Shown here piece after piece: positions 49,866 to 60,889 of a stretch of DNA of 64,000 bases. Position 1 is the first letter of the stretch. Every line of letters begins with the position of its first letter. This DNA is from Atribacterota bacterium (GTDB taxonomy: Bacteria; Atribacterota; Phoenicimicrobiia; Phoenicimicrobiales; Stramentimicrobiaceae): NCBI GenBank assembly GCA_040767965.1, contig JAXGNR010000004.1:384001-448000 (forward strand), written 5' to 3'. The translations under genes and the position numbers were made by a program. Under the pieces are notes generated by a model. That model was not told the origin of the DNA. It saw nothing but the letters and a program-made list of their open reading frames with translations, and ran no database searches.

Positions 49866-51758
49866 GTGAATAAAAAAGTTATAACAAAAACAGATATACA
49901 AGAGTTCTTAAAAAGTAAATTATTAGAAAATGTTGAAAAACCAGGACGTTATATTGGTAAAGAATATAATGAGGTTGTTAAAGAGGAACAGAATTCCCTG
50001 ATAAAAGTAGCCCTGGCCTTTCCTGATTTATATGAAATTGGAATGAGCTATTTGGGTTATAAAATATTATACGAAATAATCAATAAAAGAGTAGACGCTG
50101 CTGCTGAAAGGGTTTTTTTGCCAGCAAAAGATATGGAAATATTAATGAAAAAAGAGGATATTCCATTATTTTCTCTGGAAAATTACAGGCTATTAACAGA
50201 TTTTAATATTATCGGTTTCAGTTTGCAGCACGAACTGTGCTATACTAATGTTCTGCATACTCTAAATTTAGGTAATCTACCTCTGTATTCAGCTGATCGA
50301 GATGAAAGTTTTCCTTTAATAATTGCCGGCGGCCCTTCTGCTTTTAATCCAGAACCATTGGCTGATTTTATTGACCTGTTTGTGATAGGAGATGGAGAGG
50401 ATGTGATTGGCGAAATTATCGATGTCTACCAACAATGGGCAAACAAGACAAAAAGTAAGACCAAATATGACTTATTGCTGTCTTTAAGCAAGTTAAAAGG
50501 AATCTATATACCTTCTTTTTATAAAGTTAATTATAAGGAAGACGGAACTATTGATTCGTTTCAAAAAAAGGTAGCAGAAATAGATTTGCCTGTTAAAAAA
50601 AGAATTACTTTAGACTTAAACAAAGCACCATATCCAGATTTCCCCATCGTACCCAATATTGATGTAGTTCATAACCGGATTACTCTGGAAATATTTCGTG
50701 GGTGTACAAGAGGGTGCAGGTTTTGCCAGGCAGGCATAATTTATAGGCCGATAAGGGAGAGAAGCGCAAAAACAATTTTTGCTATGGCTGAAAATAGCTT
50801 AAAAAATACTGGTTATGATGAAGTATCTCTATCTTCTTTAAGCTCTAGCGATCATAGCTGCATTAGTCAAATAACAGATACTTTGGTTAATTGTTATAAG
50901 GATATTGGTGTAGCAGTATCTTTACCATCTTTGAGGATTGACAGTTTTTCTGTCCAATTGGCCAGACAAACACAACAGGTTCGGAAAACAGGTTTGACTT
51001 TTGCCCCTGAAGTGGGGACAAAGAGAATGAGCAATGTGATAAATAAAAACGTTTCCGAAGATGATCTATATCAAACTGTTCAGGATGCTCTGAAAGAAGG
51101 CTGGCAACGGATAAAGCTGTATTTTATGATAGGTTTGCCTACAGAAACCTGGAATGATATTGATGGCATCATAGACATAATCAAAAAAGTAGAAGCCATA
51201 GGCAAGCAAAAAAAAGGCAAGAGATTTACGCTAAGTGTAAGCATCAATTCTTTTATTCCAAAAGCTCATACTCCTTTCCAGTGGGTAACTCAAGAAAATG
51301 AGAAATCCTTACAGGAAAAATTTGCTTATATAGCTGACAGGCTAAGAAATAAAAAGAATATTTCGTATAGTTTCCCTGATACAGAATTAAGTGTCCTGGA
51401 AAGTGTTTTTGCTAGAGGAGATAGAAGGCTTGGATTGGTAATAGAAGATGCTTACATGTTAGGCTGTAAGTTTGATACTTGGAGAGAATTTTTTGATTTC
51501 AATAAATGGGAACAGGCCTTTCAAAAGAACAATATTATGGTGGATTTTTACACATATAGGGAAAGAGGTAAAGAAGAAATCTTGCCATGGGACTTGATTG
51601 ATTGCGGGGTAAATAAAAGTTTTCTATGGTCAGAGTGTGAGAAAGCTTCTCAAGAAATAACAACTGATGACTGTCGTAATGCTAGTTGCCATAATTGCGG
51701 GTTACAGGAAATTTGCAGTTCATTTAAAAAAGCGAACATAAAGAAAGAGCTAAGTTAA
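49866..51758 (+). CDS. TIGR03960-type radical SAM protein
   Basis: KPGRYIG.E, FPDLYEIGMS, RGCTRGCRFCQAG, SLPSLR, KLYFMIGLP. Confidence 0.88.
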   Translation: MNKKVITKTDIQEFLKSKLLENVEKPGRYIGKEYNEVVKEEQNSLIKVALAFPDLYEIGMSYLGYKILYEIINKRVDAAAERVFLPAKDMEILMKKEDIPLFSLENYRLLTDFNIIGFSLQHELCYTNVLHTLNLGNLPLYSADRDESFPLIIAGGPSAFNPEPLADFIDLFVIGDGEDVIGEIIDVYQQWANKTKSKTKYDLLLSLSKLKGIYIPSFYKVNYKEDGTIDSFQKKVAEIDLPVKKRITLDLNKAPYPDFPIVPNIDVVHNRITLEIFRGCTRGCRFCQAGIIYRPIRERSAKTIFAMAENSLKNTGYDEVSLSSLSSSDHSCISQITDTLVNCYKDIGVAVSLPSLRIDSFSVQLARQTQQVRKTGLTFAPEVGTKRMSNVINKNVSEDDLYQTVQDALKEGWQRIKLYFMIGLPTETWNDIDGIIDIIKKVEAIGKQKKGKRFTLSVSINSFIPKAHTPFQWVTQENEKSLQEKFAYIADRLRNKKNISYSFPDTELSVLESVFARGDRRLGLVIEDAYMLGCKFDTWREFFDFNKWEQAFQKNNIMVDFYTYRERGKEEILPWDLIDCGVNKSFLWSECEKASQEITTDDCRNASCHNCGLQEICSSFKKANIKKELS

Positions 51759-51764
51759 TATAAA

Positions 51765-52460
51765 ATGAGATATAATTATCGTATTGAGTATAAAAAAAAT
51801 GGTCCTTTAAAATATATTTCACATTTGGATTTAAGTGCATTGTTCTGCCGAGCCTTACGTAGAGCCAGGATTCCAGTTGAGTTAACTCAAGGTTTTAATA
51901 GTAGGTTTAGAGTTTCTTTTGGGCCGGCATTATCTTTAGGGTTTACAGGATGGAAAGAGTTATTAGATGTTTCTTTAACCGAAGAATTGGAAAATAACCT
52001 TTTTAAAGAGAAGATTAACCATGCAGCACCGGTTGGATTGGAAATAACACATATATGCCAGATAGATGAAAATGCACTATCCTTAAGTCGTTATTTGCAG
52101 TTTGCTTCTTACCTGATGCAAATAGAATTTCAATCTTTAGAAAATGATATCAAAAGAGAAGAAAAAATAGCTATAGTAAAACATAGAATTACTGAATTTA
52201 AACACAGACAAAACATTTTTATTAAAAAACAAACCAAGAAACAGTTAAAAGAAATAGATTTAAAACCCTTAATCTACCAGATGGAGTTAGTCTCAGATCA
52301 AATGGATAACATCTGTCATATAAGGTTAATAATTGATATAGAACAAAGAGGAAGTATCAATCCACTTTTAATAATAAAGGAATTTCTCGTGAAAAATGAT
52401 GATTTAAAAATATCAATTAGTAATGTGATTAGAGAAAAATTTATTTTCTCTTCTAATTAA
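51765..52460 (+). CDS. TIGR03936 radical SAM-associated protein (DUF2344)
   Basis: KYISHLD, RALRRA, QGFN, FGPALSLG. Confidence 0.85.
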   Translation: MRYNYRIEYKKNGPLKYISHLDLSALFCRALRRARIPVELTQGFNSRFRVSFGPALSLGFTGWKELLDVSLTEELENNLFKEKINHAAPVGLEITHICQIDENALSLSRYLQFASYLMQIEFQSLENDIKREEKIAIVKHRITEFKHRQNIFIKKQTKKQLKEIDLKPLIYQMELVSDQMDNICHIRLIIDIEQRGSINPLLIIKEFLVKNDDLKISISNVIREKFIFSSN

Positions 52461-52580
52461 AAGCAATTTTTAATAAATCTGTTAATTTGTTAAAGTAAAC
52501 AGAAAAGTATTTAGTTTAACAAATTATAAAAATTTATAAAAATATAACATATAAATAAAGAGGAAGGTGATACCTGAAAA

Positions 52581-54101
52581 ATGGATACTAAAGGAAAACA
52601 AGTAATTATTGATAGCGGCATAAGCGAAGAACGGGTTGCTATTTTAGAAAATAATAAATTGGTAGAAATCCATATAGAAAGACTGGAAGATCGTAAAATT
52701 ATAGGGAATATCTATAAAGGTAAAGTAATGAATGTTTTGCCGGGAATTGAAGCAGCTTTTGTAGACATAGGGATAGATCGAAATGCTTTTTTGCATTTGA
52801 ATGATGTAGAGCAGGCTTTTGGAAAACAGAATGATAAGAGCATAGATGTTAAAGATTTAATAAAAGTAGGGCAGGAAATTGATGTGCAGGTGGTGAAAGA
52901 GGCAATAGCCCCAAAGGGTGCACGGGTAACAACAAATATTAGCTTACCAGGACGTTATTTAGTTTTAATGCCTAACAATAATGGAGTTGCAGTATCCAGG
53001 CGGATCGAAGATGAAGAAGAAAAGGAAAGACTGAAAAAGGCAGTGCAAAGTGTTAAGAAAAAAGAATTCGGTTTCATTGTTCGTACAGCCGGAGTAGGAA
53101 AGGATGAAACTGATTTTGTTCCAGATATGGAAATCTTGATCAGATTGTGGAATAAAATTCAAAAAAGAAGTCAAAAGGCAAAAGCTCCCTTGCTTTTGCA
53201 TGAGGACTTAAATCTGACCTATAGAATTATTCGTGACCTTTTTACAGAAGATATTGACGAATTTGTTGTTAATTCTGAAAAAGAGTATCATAAAATAATT
53301 AGTTTTCTTGACACTCTTTTTTTACTGGATTTAAAACCTAGAGTATCTTTTTACACTGGTGAAAAACCAATATTTGAAGAATACGGTATTGAAAAAGAAA
53401 TCAATCGTGCTTTGGAGAAAAAAGTTTGGATTAAATGTGGTGGATATCTGGTGTTTGATGAAGTGGAAGCATTGACTGTAATTGATGTTAATACAGGAAA
53501 GTATGTTGGTGGGAAAAAAATGAAAAATACCGTTTTAAAAACTAACCTTCAAGCTGCTGAGGAAATAGCACGACAACTGAGATTAAGAGACATTGGTGGA
53601 ATTATTATTATTGACTTTATTGATATGGATAATAAAGAAGATCAGCAAAAGGTCATTAAAAAACTAGAAGAAGCTTTGAAAAAAGACAAGACAAAATCTA
53701 ATATAGTTCAAACAACTGAATTGGGACTGGTGGAATTGACCAGGAAGAGGTCCAAAAGGGATTTAGACTCATTGCTGCGCACTTCTTGTCCTTATTGTTC
53801 AGGAAATGGACGTGTGTTATCAGCAGAAACAGTCAGTAACCAGGTTATTCACAAATTAGAGGATCTCTGTAAGAACTCTAAGGCTGAAGCAATATTTTTA
53901 GGAGTACATCCAAAAGTTGAAGAGGAATTGTCAGGAAGTAAGATGTTGCTTGTTAAACAGCTTGAGAGAGAATATCACAAGTTAATTTATATTACCAGTT
54001 TAACAGATATTCATATTGAAAAGATAAAAGTTATTGCTATAGGAAGAAAGAAAGAAATTAAAAAAATTGTAAAAGTATTTCAAACTAACAAGATAACCTG
54101 A
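52581..54101 (+). CDS. rng: Ribonuclease G (Rne/Rng family)
   Basis: GNIYKGKV..VLPGIEAAFVDIG, IDVNTG, RQLRLRDIGGIIIIDFIDM, CPYCSG. Confidence 0.92.
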   Translation: MDTKGKQVIIDSGISEERVAILENNKLVEIHIERLEDRKIIGNIYKGKVMNVLPGIEAAFVDIGIDRNAFLHLNDVEQAFGKQNDKSIDVKDLIKVGQEIDVQVVKEAIAPKGARVTTNISLPGRYLVLMPNNNGVAVSRRIEDEEEKERLKKAVQSVKKKEFGFIVRTAGVGKDETDFVPDMEILIRLWNKIQKRSQKAKAPLLLHEDLNLTYRIIRDLFTEDIDEFVVNSEKEYHKIISFLDTLFLLDLKPRVSFYTGEKPIFEEYGIEKEINRALEKKVWIKCGGYLVFDEVEALTVIDVNTGKYVGGKKMKNTVLKTNLQAAEEIARQLRLRDIGGIIIIDFIDMDNKEDQQKVIKKLEEALKKDKTKSNIVQTTELGLVELTRKRSKRDLDSLLRTSCPYCSGNGRVLSAETVSNQVIHKLEDLCKNSKAEAIFLGVHPKVEEELSGSKMLLVKQLEREYHKLIYITSLTDIHIEKIKVIAIGRKKEIKKIVKVFQTNKIT

Positions 54102-54160
54102 TTAGTTGGGAGAAATGGCTTCAAATAGAAGCATTGTAAGATACATAAATAAAAAATGAT

Positions 54161-54189
54161 TTGACATGATTTATTTTATGTGATAAATT
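54161..54189 (+). promoter_or_regulatory. sigma70 promoter of rplU-rpmA
   Basis: TTGACA-17bp-TAAATT with extended TG. Confidence 0.75.
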
Positions 54190-54202
54190 TTATAAGCTAA
54201 TT

Positions 54203-54250
54203 GACGCACTGGCTAGGCTGTAAAGCTTTTTAGCTGCCTATCCAGGCGAT
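54203..54250 (+). ncRNA. L21 leader-like cis-regulatory RNA
   Basis: CGCACTGGCTAGGC...GCCTATCCAGGCGA hairpin between the promoter and the rplU SD, matching the CGCAC...GGCGA pattern of L21 leaders. Confidence 0.7.
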
Positions 54251-54275
54251 TTTAAAAGCAGGAGGAAATACTATA

Positions 54276-54593
54276 ATGCACGCAGTTATTGCAACCGGTG
54301 GCAAGCAATATATAGTTCAAGAAGGAAGCGTTATCAAAATTGAAAAGCTCGAATTGCAAGAAGGAGATACAGTAAAAATTGATCAGGTTTTAATGCTGGA
54401 AAAAGATGGTGAATATGTATTCGGTCAACCGCTAATTGATAATAGTTATGTTGAAGGTAAAGTGCTAAAAAACGGCAAAGCTAAAAAAATTGTAGTTTTT
54501 AAATACAAACCAAAGAAAAAATACCAAAAGAAGTCTGGTCATAGACAGCTTTACACAGAAATAAAAATAGAACAAATTGTTGAAGGAAAATAG
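54276..54593 (+). CDS. rplU: 50S ribosomal protein L21
   Basis: AVIATGGKQY, KIVVFKYK.KK, GHRQ.YT. Confidence 0.97.
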   Translation: MHAVIATGGKQYIVQEGSVIKIEKLELQEGDTVKIDQVLMLEKDGEYVFGQPLIDNSYVEGKVLKNGKAKKIVVFKYKPKKKYQKKSGHRQLYTEIKIEQIVEGK

Positions 54594-54665
54594 CATAGAA
54601 TAAGTAATTAAAAAACTATTCGTTCTTTAGTCAAACCTTATAGCTTTAAAGAGAGGTGAAATAAT

Positions 54666-54926
54666 ATGGCTCATAAAAAAGGGCAAGGATCAGCTAAAAA
54701 TGGTCGCGATAGTATATCGAAAAGACTTGGAGTTAAAAAATTTGGTGGTCAACTTGTTAAAAGTGGTAATATTATAGTTAGACAAAGGGGTACTCGTATC
54801 ATACCTGGTAAAAATGTAGGTCGTGGAAATGATGATACCTTATTTGCCTTAATTGATGGTTATGTCGATTTTAAGCCGAAAGGCAAGAGTAGAAAACAGG
54901 TATCTGTAAATGCTCTAGAGGCATAA
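54666..54926 (+). CDS. rpmA: 50S ribosomal protein L27
   Basis: [27 protein letters not shown]. Confidence 0.97.
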   Translation: MAHKKGQGSAKNGRDSISKRLGVKKFGGQLVKSGNIIVRQRGTRIIPGKNVGRGNDDTLFALIDGYVDFKPKGKSRKQVSVNALEA

Positions 54927-54952
54927 CAGGAAATTAATTAGAAGTAAATAGT

Positions 54953-54985
54953 ACCCTGGGTTTTGTAAAAAACTCAGGGTTTTTT
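54953..54985 (+). terminator. Intrinsic terminator after rpmA
   Basis: ACCCTGGGTTTT-GTAA-AAAACTCAGGGT followed by TTTTT. Confidence 0.85.
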
Positions 54986-55047
54986 ATTATTAATATATAT
55001 AAATATAAATTTTAAATATTTTAAATATAAATAAAAAAGGTTAAAAA

Positions 55048-56343
55048 ATGTTTTCTGATAAAGTAATTATATTTGTAAAAGCTGGCTCTGGTGGTGATGG
55101 TGCAGTAAGTTTTAGGAGGGAACGCCATATTCCTAAAGGTGGCCCTGACGGTGGAGATGGTGGTAAAGGTGGAGATGTATATATAGAAGTTGATTCTCAT
55201 ACCAAGACTTTAATTCAATTATATCGCAAGCCTCATTGCAAAGCTGAACATGGAGATCATGGTAAAGGTCAGAAGAAAAACGGAAAAGATGGACAGGATT
55301 TGATTATTAAAGTCCCTGCAGGGACTGTTGTTGAGGATTTAGAAAAAGAAAGGATTATTGCAGATCTGGCAGAACCTGAAAGAAAAATTTTGATTGCAAA
55401 AGGAGGGTCCGGGGGAAAAGGAAATTATCGTTTTAGAAACTCCCAAAGACAAACTCCTAGATTTGCCCAAAAAGGAGAAAAAGGGGAAGAGTTAAAACTA
55501 AAATTAAATTTGAAATTAATTGCCGATGCGGGGCTAGTAGGTTTTCCGAATGCCGGTAAATCTACTCTTTTGTCTCGTGTTTCAGCCGCTAAACCTAAAA
55601 TAGCTGATTATCCTTTTACAACAATGGAACCATATTTGGGGGTAGTTAAAGTTGATGAGGAGAATTCTTTTGTACTTGCTGATATTCCAGGAATAATAGA
55701 AGGTGCTCATCAGGGAGTTGGTCTTGGAACACGATTTCTAAAGCATATTGAAAGAACCAAAGTTTTGATTCATATTATTGATGGAGCAAAAAGTATTAAT
55801 CAGGGTATAGATGATATTTATAATGATTATCTTATTATCGAGAATGAATTAAAAAACTATGCCCAAATTTTAGAAAAAAAAGAAAAAATAATTGCAGTAA
55901 ATAAATGCGATTTACCAGAAGTACAGTCTCGGAAGAAAGAAATCAAAGAATATTTTTTAAAAAAAGGAATTCCGGTTTTTTTTATATCTGCAGTTAGCGG
56001 AGAAGGGATCTCTGACTTAATTTACCAGGTGTTTAACAGAATATCTTTTTTTGATTCCCAAGAAAAGGAAGAACAAAGCTCACAGCAACAAGAAAAAGAA
56101 GAAATTAGCTATTATAAATATGAGCCAGATTTTACTGTAAAAAAACAAGGAGGCTTGTTTATTGTGGAAGGCAGTAAAATTGTCAAACTGGTTAATCAAT
56201 TTGATCTAGAGAACCCGCAAGCCCTGGAATATTTCCAAAAAAAATTTAAAAGTAGCGGAGTTGAAAAGGTATTACTCAAGGAAGGAATTACTGATGGAGA
56301 TAAAGTGAAAATTGGAGAGAAGACTTTTTACTTTTATTCATAG
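55048..56343 (+). CDS. obgE: GTPase ObgE/CgtA with C-terminal OCT domain
   Basis: Gly-rich Obg fold, GFPNAGKS, YPFTT, DIPG, NKCD. Confidence 0.95.
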   Translation: MFSDKVIIFVKAGSGGDGAVSFRRERHIPKGGPDGGDGGKGGDVYIEVDSHTKTLIQLYRKPHCKAEHGDHGKGQKKNGKDGQDLIIKVPAGTVVEDLEKERIIADLAEPERKILIAKGGSGGKGNYRFRNSQRQTPRFAQKGEKGEELKLKLNLKLIADAGLVGFPNAGKSTLLSRVSAAKPKIADYPFTTMEPYLGVVKVDEENSFVLADIPGIIEGAHQGVGLGTRFLKHIERTKVLIHIIDGAKSINQGIDDIYNDYLIIENELKNYAQILEKKEKIIAVNKCDLPEVQSRKKEIKEYFLKKGIPVFFISAVSGEGISDLIYQVFNRISFFDSQEKEEQSSQQQEKEEISYYKYEPDFTVKKQGGLFIVEGSKIVKLVNQFDLENPQALEYFQKKFKSSGVEKVLLKEGITDGDKVKIGEKTFYFYS

Positions 56344-56415
56344 ATACTGTATAATATTATGTTAAATAAATTTCTTTTAATTTTATAAGATGATTTAAAA
56401 TATAAAGGGAAAAAA

Positions 56416-59400
56416 ATGATTTGCTGGTTTAAAATATTAAAAAAATGCAAAAATAAAATATCACAAATTCTTTTGCTATCTATTATTTTCGTTATGTTTC
56501 TTTTTCTAGAAGTAAGCAGTTTTAACTTAGATAGCCCAAGAGTAGCAGTCTATTATTTTCATAACCGATCGGAAAATCTTGAATTGAATTGGCTAGAAGA
56601 GGATCTGCCTTTTTCTATTGGTCAATCATTATCCAAGATTCAAGAAATAGATTTTGTTAATTTATCTGAAGCTGATACTGTTGCTGATTACCACTTATAT
56701 AAAAATATGATTCCTAAGAAAGATATCAGAATGTTTGGTCAATTGGCAAATTTACTACAGGTAGACTTTCTTTTTTCTGGCAATTTTACCCAGGAGAGCA
56801 GTAATCAAATCGGATTGGATTTATTGATGTATTTAACATCAACAAATCATTTGGTTGAGTTTCGCAGAATGTCAGCTCAATTAAATAATTTAGCTAATCT
56901 GGAAGAACGAATAATTAATATAATTTTGCAAGAAGCAGATGTTGAAATGAACAGTACTTCTTTAGAAAATGTCATTGAAGAAGGATTGGATAACAGGAAT
57001 AGTAAATCTATTGATTTAAGTGAGAATATTTCCAGTGAAATATCTATTCCTGTGCAACCAGAACCAAAAGAAGAGCCTCTTTATTCTGAACCTGTATTAC
57101 GAGACCAAGCAATACAAAACAATTCATTAGTATTAGAGTATTACAAAAAAGCGCTGGATTTAAAAGAAAGAGCTATTCAGGAATATGGAGGTGTCGATTA
57201 CCCCAGCAAGCCTTTATGGAATGAGGCGATTCAAAATGCCACCAAAACAGTAGAACTAGATCCTGATTTTGCCGATGGATACTATTTATTATACGAGATT
57301 TATCAAAAAACTAAATGGATTGCCAGAGAAATAGAAAGCTTGGAGCATTATATTGCTACAATAAGGCGAACGAATAAACAGGTTAGCCTGCAAGAATTTT
57401 CAACCTTACTTACCAGACTTGCTCATTTAAAATTCAATGCTGGGGATACCACAACAGCAGTTAGTTATTTAGAAGAGGCAATTTCTTACAATCCAAATAA
57501 TATCGAAACAAGAAATTATTTAATGGAGATATATTACAATACAGGACAAACAACAAAAGCCTTACAACAAGCAGAAGAGATTAAGAGAATTAAACCAGAC
57601 AGTATTGAATTAGACTGGTATTCTAGAAGAACACAAAGAATAAATCTTTACGGAAGGGAAGCATTTGAAAATTACGAGAACGGTTATAATCTATATATTG
57701 CAAAGAAATTTCAGGAATCAATCAGTTATTTAGAGCAAGCTATACGCATGGCACCAGCTTTCAAGGATGCGCATTATTACCTTGGATTGTCTTATTATCA
57801 TTCCAACAACTTGATATCTGCTATAAAACACTGGGAAGAAGCAGTAAAACTAGATCCTTTTGATACCCATTCCATAATTTACCTTAACAAGGCTGTTGAA
57901 GAAAAAGAATATGGAAGAGAAGCAGTTTGGAGTTTCAATGAAGGCTACGAACACTATATTGCAGGAGAATATCAAGAAGCACTATCTCTTTTCCGAAAAA
58001 CTGTTAATATAAATCCAAATTATGAAAAAGCAAGAATGCTTTTAATGCGGACTTATTATCATTTGGACCAGATGGACGAATATCTGGCAGAAAGAAAAAG
58101 AATTACTGAAAATGTTAATTTTACCGGTGATCTGGAAAGGGAGTTATATCAAGTGGCTTATGACTTCTTCTCCATAAAGGAGTACACTGTAGCCTTAGAA
58201 AAATTGCAGGAATCCTTAGATATAAATCCAGATTATTTAGAATCAAGATTTTTGATAGCAGAAACATGGTACCAGTTAGGAAACTATAGTGAGGCAAATA
58301 TTCATTACCAATATATAATATCCAATTACAGTCAAAGCGAATACTATGCAGATTCCTTGTTAGGCAGTGGCTGGTGTTACTTTTTATCAGAAGATTACCG
58401 CCAGGCTGAAAATTGTTTGAAACTGTTTATTGATAATTTTCCTCAAAGTTCTTTTTACCAGGAAGCATTATACAAACTTGGAAGAACTTATTTTATGCAG
58501 GAGGATTATCATAAAACAATAGAGACTTTAGAGAGTTTGATTAACAGAGAATTTGAACAACAAAAATATTCTATTTCTGAAATAAATTTCTTTATCGGAC
58601 AATCTTATTTTTGGCTGGAAAATTATGGAAAAGCGAAAGAGATTTTATTGTCAATTATAGAAAATGATCCTTATTTTGAAATGATGAACGAAACAAAATA
58701 TTTTTACAGTTTTTCGTTGTTTAGAGAAGGTCGATATCAAGAAGCTATTTCTTTGCTGGAAGAGTTATCTATTCATGCTGACATTCAACTTCAGCAAGAA
58801 GTAAATTATCTTTTGGGAAGAGCATTGCTTGAAATAAAAGACTATGATAAAGTAATTAGGATTAATCGTTCTCTATTAGAAAATGATCTAAATGAAAGCA
58901 TGTTAGCAAATGTTTTGTTTGATTTGGGAATAGCATATTCCAGAAATAAAAATGATGCTGAAGCAGTGAAATACTTCCAGAGAGTATTAGAAGAAGTGCC
59001 GTTGGGAGAGCTGGCAAGGCTAAGTAAGATTGAACTGGCACAGAGTTATTTTTATTTAGAAAGATATGTTGACTCCATAAATGTCCTGAAAGACATTTCT
59101 TCTAAAGAAGCTTTGGAATTGAAAATTGATGCTGCCAGAGCTATGGGCGAGACCGATCTTTTGTTATTATCATTACAGGAGTATGAACAAAAATACCCTG
59201 ATGGCTCTATTTCTGCTGATGGATATTATTCAATAGCAATTTCTCAGTACAATGAAGGAAAATACCAGGAAGCTTATGATACTTTTAAAATATTAGAAGG
59301 TATGGAAATTATTGATGAAATGGAGCAAAAAGTAACTTACTGGCAAGGTTTAAGTCAATATAAACTAAAAAACTATTCTCAAGCAAAAGATTATTTTCAA

Positions 59401-60144
59401 TTGATAGACTATTATACGGGAAACGAAACTGCTATTAGCGCTTTATATATGCTGGCCGAGACATATTATCAAGAAGGAAATTATACTGAAGCAATTAAAT
59501 ATTATCAAGAATTTTTAGAAAACTTTAAAACGAATTCTTTAGCAGAAACTGCCTATTATGGACTGGCCTGGAGCTATTTAAATAACCGTGATTACCCAAA
59601 AAGCATAGAAACATTAGAAATACTGATTGAAAATTACCCGGATAGTCAGTTAGTCGAAGAAGGTTATTTTTTATTAGGTAAAATCCATTTTCTTGCTGGT
59701 GAAAATGATAATTCCCGGACTAATTTAATAGATTTTGTAAATAATTATCCAAACAGTATCTTTAAGGAAGAATCAATTTATATAATTGCACAAATCTATC
59801 TAGAAGAACAGAATTGGATTGATAGTATATTATATTTTGAAAACCTGAAAAATGATTACCCTGAAAGCAATTATTTATCAGGCTCATTATATGGACTTTG
59901 TTTGAGCTATTATAAAATGGAGGAATATTCCAAAGCTCTTGTCAATGGTGAACAATATTTAAACTACTTTGATGTTGGTTCACTCAAATGTGATGTTTTA
60001 TACATTATTGCAATCTGTCAAGAAGAGCTGGGAAATATTGCAGCGGCAGTTGAAAGATATGAACAGATAATATCTGAGTGTCCAAATAGTGCTTATATTG
60101 AAAGTGCAAAGGGGCAAATTGAATTCCTTGTTCCAGGACAGTGA
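56416..60144 (+). CDS. Large secreted TPR protein (N-terminal TolB_N/CsgG-like domain, CpoB/BamD-like repeats)
   Basis: Signal peptide; RVAVYYFHN...NWL; many TPRs, the later ones ending in ..YP.S. Confidence 0.75.
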   Translation: MICWFKILKKCKNKISQILLLSIIFVMFLFLEVSSFNLDSPRVAVYYFHNRSENLELNWLEEDLPFSIGQSLSKIQEIDFVNLSEADTVADYHLYKNMIPKKDIRMFGQLANLLQVDFLFSGNFTQESSNQIGLDLLMYLTSTNHLVEFRRMSAQLNNLANLEERIINIILQEADVEMNSTSLENVIEEGLDNRNSKSIDLSENISSEISIPVQPEPKEEPLYSEPVLRDQAIQNNSLVLEYYKKALDLKERAIQEYGGVDYPSKPLWNEAIQNATKTVELDPDFADGYYLLYEIYQKTKWIAREIESLEHYIATIRRTNKQVSLQEFSTLLTRLAHLKFNAGDTTTAVSYLEEAISYNPNNIETRNYLMEIYYNTGQTTKALQQAEEIKRIKPDSIELDWYSRRTQRINLYGREAFENYENGYNLYIAKKFQESISYLEQAIRMAPAFKDAHYYLGLSYYHSNNLISAIKHWEEAVKLDPFDTHSIIYLNKAVEEKEYGREAVWSFNEGYEHYIAGEYQEALSLFRKTVNINPNYEKARMLLMRTYYHLDQMDEYLAERKRITENVNFTGDLERELYQVAYDFFSIKEYTVALEKLQESLDINPDYLESRFLIAETWYQLGNYSEANIHYQYIISNYSQSEYYADSLLGSGWCYFLSEDYRQAENCLKLFIDNFPQSSFYQEALYKLGRTYFMQEDYHKTIETLESLINREFEQQKYSISEINFFIGQSYFWLENYGKAKEILLSIIENDPYFEMMNETKYFYSFSLFREGRYQEAISLLEELSIHADIQLQQEVNYLLGRALLEIKDYDKVIRINRSLLENDLNESMLANVLFDLGIAYSRNKNDAEAVKYFQRVLEEVPLGELARLSKIELAQSYFYLERYVDSINVLKDISSKEALELKIDAARAMGETDLLLLSLQEYEQKYPDGSISADGYYSIAISQYNEGKYQEAYDTFKILEGMEIIDEMEQKVTYWQGLSQYKLKNYSQAKDYFQLIDYYTGNETAISALYMLAETYYQEGNYTEAIKYYQEFLENFKTNSLAETAYYGLAWSYLNNRDYPKSIETLEILIENYPDSQLVEEGYFLLGKIHFLAGENDNSRTNLIDFVNNYPNSIFKEESIYIIAQIYLEEQNWIDSILYFENLKNDYPESNYLSGSLYGLCLSYYKMEEYSKALVNGEQYLNYFDVGSLKCDVLYIIAICQEELGNIAAAVERYEQIISECPNSAYIESAKGQIEFLVPGQ

Positions 60145-60211
60145 TTGAACAAAAGTATTAGAAATGATAAAAATGTATTAGATTTTATGAAATAGAGGAG
60201 GCTACTATTTA

Positions 60212-60889
60212 ATGTTTGAACTTTTTTATAAGGGCGGTTTCTTGATGTATCCTATTTTTTTCTGTTCTTTGCTGGCAATTGCCATTTTTTTCGAAAGGAT
60301 GTTTTACTTAAAAAGTATCAAAACATCAACAAGAAAATTTGGCAACCGTATAGCCGATTTGGTTAGAAAAGGAAACATCAATTTTGCAATCACTGCCTGT
60401 CGAAAGAATTTTACTCCTATATCCCAGATAATTCTGGCAGCTTTAGTGAAACATGGCAGCTCTAGGGATGAAATAAAAGAGGTCATTGAAGATACTGCAA
60501 GACATGAGATTGCAGCTCTGGAGCGGAATATGCCTATTCTGGGAACAATCGGAAATATTACACCTTTGTTAGGACTTTTGGGAACTGTATTTGGAATGAT
60601 TAAATCTTTCCAGGTTATCTCTGTTGTTGGTGTCGGAAACCCGGAAGCTTTAGCAGGAGGCATATCAGAAGCTCTGCTAACCACTGCTTTTGGTCTTTCA
60701 GTGGCAATCCCAACAATTGTAGCTTACAATTATTTATCTAATCGTATTGACAGGCAAGTTAAAGAAATGGAGTCCACTTCTGTAGAAATACTGGAATTAT
60801 TATCAGAGAATAATAATAATTCAAATATCCAATTTAAAGAGGCGCAAGAGGAAGGTGTAAAAATAGATGAAATTTTATCACATCAGTAA
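60212..60889 (+). CDS. exbB: MotA/TolQ/ExbB proton channel protein
   Basis: GGFLMYPI, PLLGLLGTVFGMI, AGGISEALLTTAFGL. Confidence 0.9.
   Translation: MFELFYKGGFLMYPIFFCSLLAIAIFFERMFYLKSIKTSTRKFGNRIADLVRKGNINFAITACRKNFTPISQIILAALVKHGSSRDEIKEVIEDTARHEIAALERNMPILGTIGNITPLLGLLGTVFGMIKSFQVISVVGVGNPEALAGGISEALLTTAFGLSVAIPTIVAYNYLSNRIDRQVKEMESTSVEILELLSENNNNSNIQFKEAQEEGVKIDEILSHQ

Noticed and set aside
49866-52460. Radical SAM pair as a novel system
   Set aside because: The TIGR03960/TIGR03936 pair between rodA and rng is a known conserved arrangement, although its function is poorly defined
54594-54926. No prp protease gene between rplU and rpmA
   Set aside because: L27 starts MAHKK with no N-terminal extension, so no protease is expected
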